Positions 58,268 to 64,000 of a DNA stretch of 64,000 bases are shown in pieces (position 1 is the first letter of the stretch; the number at the start of each line of letters is the position of its first letter). A program made the position numbers and the translations under genes. The DNA comes from Parcubacteria group bacterium (GTDB lineage: Bacteria > Patescibacteriota > Minisyncoccia > Moranbacterales > UBA2206), in contig JBAZYF010000002.1 of NCBI GenBank assembly GCA_041659505.1, positions 115,966-179,965 of the forward strand. Reading direction: 5' to 3'. The notes beneath the pieces were generated by a model that saw nothing but the letters and a program-made list of their open reading frames with translations, did not search any database and was not told the origin of the DNA.

Positions 58268-58678
58268 TTAATAGTTAATAATAATGACACTAATTGCGGA
58301 AATAAGCAAGCTCAGCTGTACCATCAAAGCCGCCAAAAGCAAAACGTAGCTAGCAATCCGCTCTTTTTTGACATAGAAATAGAAAGATAATAAAACATTG
58401 ATCAAAAGAACAATAAAGCCGATGGAAGGTAAGAGGAAGACTTCCCGGGAAGCACCGATCGAATCAACGCCGAAATAAACATTATAATGCAAAATGATCG
58501 AACTGCCCGCCGGGTGAGAATAAAATTTCAAGACTGACCAAATGACAAGATTAAAAAAAACTCCGAGGAAGAGCAACCACAGAACAATCCGGCTGCGGAA
58601 AAATTCTTGGCCAAAAAAAAACTTGATTTTTCCATTCAAGCTTTTTCCCTCAAAAAATTTTAGTTTATTTTCAGACAT
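58268..58678 (-). CDS. Three-TM membrane protein (DUF1648-like)
   Basis: ILHYNVYFGVDSIG motif between TMs. Confidence 0.7.
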   Translation of the reverse strand: MSENKLKFFEGKSLNGKIKFFFGQEFFRSRIVLWLLFLGVFFNLVIWSVLKFYSHPAGSSIILHYNVYFGVDSIGASREVFLLPSIGFIVLLINVLLSFYFYVKKERIASYVLLLAALMVQLSLLISAISVIIINY

Positions 58679-58694
58679 TGTTTGTTTTCAAGAT

Positions 58695-59297
58695 CTATAA
58701 TTTTCTTTTCGCGATAAATTGTTTCAGTCCGGTGATTTTATTAATTACCTCCTCATTCGGCCCTTCGAGAAATTCTAGGATAAATTTATCGAGCATATTC
58801 AAGCGATACTTAAATTCTTCCATCGTCATGAGCACAAAACTGATCTCTTTACCAATTTCCGCCTCAAGCGCGCCCATCAAATTTTTCAACTTCGCCTTGC
58901 CAATGTCATCACCGACAATAATCATGTCAGCTTTGCTTTTGTGGTAGTTGATGAAAATACCACTAATCACCGCCAACTTTACATTGCCAATTTTTGAAAT
59001 CTTTTCCAAACTTTTGCACTGGGGAGAAGTATTGGATTTGGCAATCAGATTTTTCAGTTCCGGATAAAAATCAAAATTCTGGTTCAAGCGATAATAGAAT
59101 TTGCCTTTTTGGGTGTTTTTGATGACAAATTTCACCCGCACAAACATTTCCAATTCTCGCCTGATTTTTGCCCCTTTGAGCATGTTTCTCCTGGCAATTT
59201 CCGGCGAATCAAACGGCACATCGGGATTTTGCAAAAAAAACCGAAGCAACCGCGCCCTTTCTTTGGAACCGAAAAGACTCTCTAAGATTTCAGACAT
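58695..59297 (-). CDS. wHTH plus nucleotidyltransferase-like domain protein
   Basis: LFGSKERARLLRFF..YPELKNLI and ADMIIVGD..EIGKEISF. Confidence 0.7.
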   Translation of the reverse strand: MSEILESLFGSKERARLLRFFLQNPDVPFDSPEIARRNMLKGAKIRRELEMFVRVKFVIKNTQKGKFYYRLNQNFDFYPELKNLIAKSNTSPQCKSLEKISKIGNVKLAVISGIFINYHKSKADMIIVGDDIGKAKLKNLMGALEAEIGKEISFVLMTMEEFKYRLNMLDKFILEFLEGPNEEVINKITGLKQFIAKRKL

Positions 59298-59354
59298 TTT
59301 AGTAGGATTATTTAAAGATTAAGTTAGCTACTAATCTAATTATAGCTTTTGGAA

Positions 59355-59418
59355 AGAAAAAAGCAACCCCGAAAAATTCTTTCGCAATTTCGGGGCAGGC
59401 CACTACCTGAAGTTGCTT
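59355..59418 (-). terminator. Branched hairpin/terminator after murF
   Basis: CCCCGAAA/TTTCGGGG stem inside AAGCAAC/GTTGCTT, with a T-tract on the minus strand. Confidence 0.55.
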
Positions 59419-59435
59419 ATTGGTGGTGTAAAATC

Positions 59436-60821
59436 CTAAACCTCCTTCCACAGCTTATTCCTCCATTCTAAATTCTGCCGGCACAAAAGCTCCTCGGCGC
59501 GCTCCGGTTCCGCCATCACTTCTTCCACAATTTTCTCCATCCGCATGCCTTGCGAACCTTTAACAAGAACAACATCACCCGGACGCAAAATTTCTTGCAA
59601 CTTCTTACCCGCTGACATTGGATCGGAAAAAGCGTAAATTTCTCCGGCAAATTCATGTTTATTTAGCTCGTCCACGGCAAATTGCATCCTTTTGCCCACC
59701 GCCAAAAAGATATCCCCGCCAACCTCCAAGAATTTTTTCGCCAACATCCGATGATCCTCTTCCGTACTTTTTCCCAATTCCAACATATCCCCTAACGCAA
59801 CAATCTTTCGCGCTTGGCACATCTCTCGCAAAACTTCCAGCGCCCCTTCAGCAGAAGCGAGCGAAGAATTATATGTATCATCAATGATGAAAGAATCTTT
59901 GATGCCTCGGATCAGATTCATCCGGCCAGACGGCAGGGAAAAATTCTCCAAGCTCTTTCCGATTTCTACCAGATTGAGACCTAATTCGATTCCGACGGAA
60001 ACTCCAGCCAGCGCCGCATAAATATTATGCTTGGCTAAAATATTATTCAGACGCAGTGGCATTGTTGTGCCCTTGTAATTCAGCTTGAAACTTAATCCGC
60101 TGATTGAAGACGCCCCGCCCTGGCGGGGTGTCTCTACAGCAGACATATCGTCATTTTGATTCAAAAAAACATCCAGCGCCCGCGCATCGGCATTCTCCTC
60201 AAATCCGAAGGAAAAAATCCGCGCGACTACGCCTGATTGGCGCGGATTCTCTTTCAGTTTTGCCAAATATTGATTGTCACTGTTTATGATTGCCACGTCC
60301 TTTTCTGAAAGTGCCTTTGCCAGCGTCGCCTTTTCTTTGAAAATGGCTTCGATGTTTTTGAAGTACTCCAAATGACTGGAGGAAATTTCGGTTATGACGG
60401 AGATATCCGGTTTGGCAAAATCAGTCAGATATTCCAGATCTCCCGGCCGATCCGCCCCCATCTCTAGGATTAAAATTTCCGGATACTTGGAAGGAAAAAT
60501 CCAAAGAAATAGCCAGCGCAAAATTACACCTAGCCATTTGAAAAATGATCGCTTCCCGCTTTCCACGCCGATAATCGTCAGCGGAACTCCGATTTCATTG
60601 TTGTAGTTTTTTTCACTTTTTCGCACACGAAAGTGATTAGAGATCACAGAAAATATCGCATCTTTGGCGGAAGTTTTTCCAATCGAACCAGTCACCGCAA
60701 TTATCCGCGGCTGATATTTTTTGAGGATTGCACTCGCCATAAACCGCAACAACTTTTCCAATTGCGTCTTTTTTCTGGTATCTTTTTCGCTGGAATTATT
60801 TTTTTTTGGTTTTTTGTCCAT
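59436..60821 (-). CDS. murF: UDP-MurNAc-tripeptide--D-Ala-D-Ala ligase
   Basis: AVTGSIGKTS, NNEIGVPLT, LEMGAD, IDDTYNSS, GDMLELG and LVKGSQ. Confidence 0.93.
   Translation of the reverse strand: MDKKPKKNNSSEKDTRKKTQLEKLLRFMASAILKKYQPRIIAVTGSIGKTSAKDAIFSVISNHFRVRKSEKNYNNEIGVPLTIIGVESGKRSFFKWLGVILRWLFLWIFPSKYPEILILEMGADRPGDLEYLTDFAKPDISVITEISSSHLEYFKNIEAIFKEKATLAKALSEKDVAIINSDNQYLAKLKENPRQSGVVARIFSFGFEENADARALDVFLNQNDDMSAVETPRQGGASSISGLSFKLNYKGTTMPLRLNNILAKHNIYAALAGVSVGIELGLNLVEIGKSLENFSLPSGRMNLIRGIKDSFIIDDTYNSSLASAEGALEVLREMCQARKIVALGDMLELGKSTEEDHRMLAKKFLEVGGDIFLAVGKRMQFAVDELNKHEFAGEIYAFSDPMSAGKKLQEILRPGDVVLVKGSQGMRMEKIVEEVMAEPERAEELLCRQNLEWRNKLWKEV
60108..60137 (-). repeat. GTAG-type REP palindrome inside murF
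   Basis: GTAG-AGACACCCCGCC-AG-GGCGGGGCGTCT, 30 bp, encodes VETPRQGGAS. Confidence 0.85.
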
Positions 60822-62730
60822 CTTGTTTATTATTTCCAGAAGTTAAAGTAACTGCAGGTACTGGTGCTGAAGGCTCAGCTTCTTCCAACTTTTGGTCTTG
60901 CTCATTTTTGATGAAAGAATTTTCCAAAGTATGCGTCTGATTAAACTTGTCCATATCTTTTTGCGAATATTCCTGGGTCGGCTCGATATGGTAATACTCA
61001 AGCAAAAATTTCATCAATTCTCCAAAAGTCGGCGCCGCGCTAGATTCCGCCCACTCCACCGCTTTCGGATCATCCAAACGGACCAGCATGGTAAATTTCG
61101 GATTATCCGTCGGAGCAAACCCCGCAAAAGACCCGATATTCATCCCGTCTTCATATCCTCCGCTTGGTCCGACCACCTGAGCTGTTCCGGTTTTTCCTCC
61201 CACCAGATAACCCGGAACATCCGCCTGTTTTCCATGTCCGTCCGTCACCACGCTGCGAAGCATCTGAGTAGTTTCATAGGCGCTCTGCTGAGAAATGACC
61301 CGACGGACTTCTTCAGGCGCTATTTGCGTCACACTGCCATCATCATGCATCACCTTATCAATAATCTGCGGTTTCAATAGTATCCCGTTGTTAGCAATCG
61401 CATTGTAAGCTGAAATTAATTGCAACGGGGTCACCGTAATGCCTTGTCCGAACGAAGCAGTGAAAAACTCGATGCTTCTTTTGGGATTTTTCAGATTAGT
61501 TAGATTGCCGGATACTTCGGCATAAATATCCGTTCCGGTCAGCGAACCAAAGCCGAATTTTTTGATATAATCGGCAAAAACCTGATTGCCCATCTGCTTT
61601 TGTGCAAAAATCACTCCAGTATTTAGAGATTTTTCCAATACTTGCGTCATCGTCTGCTTACCATTAGCTTTGAGATCGGAATTCTTGATCGCATACCCCG
61701 CTTCCGTGACAGTTCCCGTATCGACATAAGTCGTGTCAGGACTGATTTTTCCGTCATCAATAGCGGAGGCCAATGTAAAAGATTTGAATACACTGCCACA
61801 TTCGTATGGGTCACTCACCGCCAAATTTCGGAATGCTTCCATATCTTCCACCTTGGCATATTCGTTGGGATTGAATGTTGGAAAACTGGCCATGGAAATA
61901 ATCTTTCCCGTTTTTGATTCCATCACGATAATTGCTCCTCTTTTTGCCTCAAATTTTTTTACTGCCGCTGCTAACATTTTTTCTGTTTCGTACTGAACGC
62001 TATGATCGATCGTCAAGACCAGATCATTACCGTTCTTAGCATAAGCAATGTCCCGATCTCCTGTCGTGATCCACCGCCCAGAAGCATCCTTATTCTGGAA
62101 CAACTTTCCGCCTTCGCCTTTGAGTTCCGATTCGAAATATAGTTCACTGCCATATCTTCCTCCAAATTCATCATCCCTCCAGCCGACAAAACCTAAGACG
62201 TGCGAGGCCAATTCTCCGGCCGGATAATAGCGAAATTCTTCACTGGACAGATGGACACCCTTCAATCTTAAATCATTTAGAGCTTGGATCTCTTCATCGC
62301 TCAGTCGATGCTTCAAAACTTCATACATATCATCCTTGTCACTGAATTTACCAATCAATTCGTTCCGGTCAAGACCCAAAACGGCTGCCACCTTTTCACT
62401 GGCAGTGTCCACATCTTCAATTTCTTTCGGCACGGCATAGGCCATCTTAGTTTCTTTGTTGACCGCCACAGGATATAGCGCGTCTCGATCTTTGAGAAAA
62501 ATCTCTCCCCGCTCCGGAACCAATTTTCGAAAAAGAGAATGTTGATTGTCCGCCAAGGCAGTATAGTAACCGTAACTTTCGACCTGTAAGGAGTAGGCCC
62601 GGGAAATTACCAGGATTGTAATAATAACTATTAAAAAACCCAGAGCGTTTATTCTTGGATTTTTTAAATCTTTCCCAAGAGAGCACCGGGCACCGATTCC
62701 ATACTTCCTTTTCCTTTGCACATTGGCCAT
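60796..62730 (-). CDS. ftsI: Class B penicillin-binding protein (FtsI/PBP2)
   Basis: PERGEI, GSVFK (SxxK), SLN (SxN) and KTGTAQ. Confidence 0.92.
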   Translation of the reverse strand: MANVQRKRKYGIGARCSLGKDLKNPRINALGFLIVIITILVISRAYSLQVESYGYYTALADNQHSLFRKLVPERGEIFLKDRDALYPVAVNKETKMAYAVPKEIEDVDTASEKVAAVLGLDRNELIGKFSDKDDMYEVLKHRLSDEEIQALNDLRLKGVHLSSEEFRYYPAGELASHVLGFVGWRDDEFGGRYGSELYFESELKGEGGKLFQNKDASGRWITTGDRDIAYAKNGNDLVLTIDHSVQYETEKMLAAAVKKFEAKRGAIIVMESKTGKIISMASFPTFNPNEYAKVEDMEAFRNLAVSDPYECGSVFKSFTLASAIDDGKISPDTTYVDTGTVTEAGYAIKNSDLKANGKQTMTQVLEKSLNTGVIFAQKQMGNQVFADYIKKFGFGSLTGTDIYAEVSGNLTNLKNPKRSIEFFTASFGQGITVTPLQLISAYNAIANNGILLKPQIIDKVMHDDGSVTQIAPEEVRRVISQQSAYETTQMLRSVVTDGHGKQADVPGYLVGGKTGTAQVVGPSGGYEDGMNIGSFAGFAPTDNPKFTMLVRLDDPKAVEWAESSAAPTFGELMKFLLEYYHIEPTQEYSQKDMDKFNQTHTLENSFIKNEQDQKLEEAEPSAPVPAVTLTSGNNKQDGQKTKKK

Positions 62731-62737
62731 CTTTATT

Positions 62738-63142
62738 TCATCTTAGTGCGACAGTATTATTGACTTCTAGATAACTGACATTAGCCGGACTAACCAGATT
62801 GAAATCAGCCGCGGATTTTTCAATCACATACATCGATCGCAGTTCCATCTCGCGGATCTGCATCTGCTTGTTCTCTTTTTCCAGCTCAGCAATCCTGTTT
62901 TCCAAATCGCGGATGTCATAGCCCTTGACTGCCAAATCATTGACCTGGAACAAATAATAGGCGCACGACAGAATCACGAAAAAAGCGACCATAAACCCAG
63001 CACTAGCCAGTCCGATCCGGATACTGCCCTTTTGCGCCGCAAAAGACGATGTCCGCGCAGACCTTTCTTCAAGCGGTTTTCCCAAGACTTTCTCGCGAGA
63101 AATTCTACTATTATGTTTATTGATAATAAGAATTTTTGCCAT
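62738..63142 (-). CDS. FtsL-like cell division protein
   Basis: Single TM plus coiled coil, between rsmH and ftsI; start refined to MAKILI. Confidence 0.7.
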   Translation of the reverse strand: MAKILIINKHNSRISREKVLGKPLEERSARTSSFAAQKGSIRIGLASAGFMVAFFVILSCAYYLFQVNDLAVKGYDIRDLENRIAELEKENKQMQIREMELRSMYVIEKSAADFNLVSPANVSYLEVNNTVALR

Positions 63143-63154
63143 TTTTGTTTTTTT

Positions 63155-63278
63155 ATCCCCCACCACTTTTTTGCTTCTGGATCTATCTAGCCCAGAAATT
63201 GTTTTCCAGTTGTCCAAAAGCACGTACTACCATTTACTTTTTTACGCATGAAGTGCGAGCAAAAAAGTGGTGGGGGAT
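63155..63278. mobile_element. 124-bp element with perfect 21-bp terminal inverted repeats
   Basis: ATCCCCCACCACTTTTTTGCT / AGCAAAAAAGTGGTGGGGGAT. Confidence 0.75.
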
Positions 63279-63290
63279 GAATTTTTGATT

Positions 63291-64000
63291 TTATTTTCCA
63301 ATCTTCTCACAAACCCGCAGTTTCGCGCTCCGCGAACGTGGATTATTTTCCACCTCTTCCGGACCGGCCACAATTGGCTTTTTGGTGAGTATCTTTAAAT
63401 TTGCCAAATTGTCACAAAGACAGACGGGAAAATCTTGTGGACAAATGCATCCCCTAGCATTTTTCCGCAGATGTTCTTTCACGATTCTGTCTTCTAGCGA
63501 ATGGAAGGAAATTACCGCCAACCTTCCGTGGGGAGCGAGAGCTCCGATTGCCGAGTCCAAAAACTGATCAAGGCTATCCAATTCTTGATTAACTGCGATT
63601 CGGAGCGCCTGAAACGTTTTGGTCGCCGGACTGATCCGGCCATGTCGATATTTGTCTGACACGTGACTACCGATGATTGAAACCAACTCCCCGGTTTTTT
63701 CTATTTTTTGCTTTGCCCGATATTCAATAATTCCTTTTGCGATGCTTTTATAAAATTTTTCCTCTCCGTAGTCGCGAATGATTCTTTCCAAATCTTCCGG
63801 CGCATATTCGTTCAGTATTTTCTCCGCTGTCAGTTCCTGAGTCTGATCAAAGCGCATATCCAGTGGCGCGTCTAATTGCTGAAAACTAATCCCCCGCTTC
63901 GCGTCCTCCAATTGATCAGAAGAATAACCGATGTCCGCCAAAATCGCATCCGCTTTTTCAATTCCTATTGCCTGTAAAATATCTTTCAACCCAGAAAAAT
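63291..64000 (-). CDS. rsmH: 16S rRNA m4C1402 methyltransferase, 5' end outside the window
   Basis: DIGYSSDQL, PLDMR, FQALRIAVN, SFHSLEDRIVK and NPRSRSAKLR. Confidence 0.96.
   Translation of the reverse strand, partial: FSGLKDILQAIGIEKADAILADIGYSSDQLEDAKRGISFQQLDAPLDMRFDQTQELTAEKILNEYAPEDLERIIRDYGEEKFYKSIAKGIIEYRAKQKIEKTGELVSIIGSHVSDKYRHGRISPATKTFQALRIAVNQELDSLDQFLDSAIGALAPHGRLAVISFHSLEDRIVKEHLRKNARGCICPQDFPVCLCDNLANLKILTKKPIVAGPEEVENNPRSRSAKLRVCEKIGK

Noticed and set aside
63143-63223. N-terminal extension of the ftsL-like ORF
   Set aside because: It reads through the inverted-repeat element; ATG 63142 is the more plausible start.

Overview
Chromosomal segment of a low-GC bacterium, most likely a Patescibacteria/CPR (Parcubacteria-type) genome. 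This is inferred from gene content such as DUF4012, the conserved membrane GT2 and the compact rsmH-ftsL-ftsI-murF block. Positions 1-48 kb are a large, mostly minus-strand cell-surface glycosylation locus: GT2/GT4/GT-C transferases, SAM methyltransferases, gmd, galE, UDP-GlcA decarboxylase and epimerases, asnB-type amidotransferase, a B12 radical SAM enzyme, a flippase and a TMTC-like TPR protein. It is interspersed with secreted beta-helix, Fn3 and lipase proteins and two ATPase-type accessory genes. Positions 48-64 kb hold cysM-speD, prfA-prmC, wecA-like and cell-division/peptidoglycan genes. Main observations outside the ORF track: (1) a complete Cys-codon leader peptide with 1:2/2:3/3:4 attenuator hairpins upstream of cysteine synthase; (2) two secreted beta-helix proteins ending in an orphan Fn3 A-strand, one of them next to a protein whose Fn3 domain lacks that strand (possible donor-strand complementation anchoring); (3) a family of 8 (A)GGACTTACGC-ended palindromic elements with covarying stems; (4) REP-like palindromes and short tandem repeats inserted in frame in coding genes; (5) an unannotated 30-aa Lys-rich H1-like peptide; (6) an A9 frameshift splitting a secreted lipase. 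No rRNA, tRNA, CRISPR array, integrase or transposase was seen.
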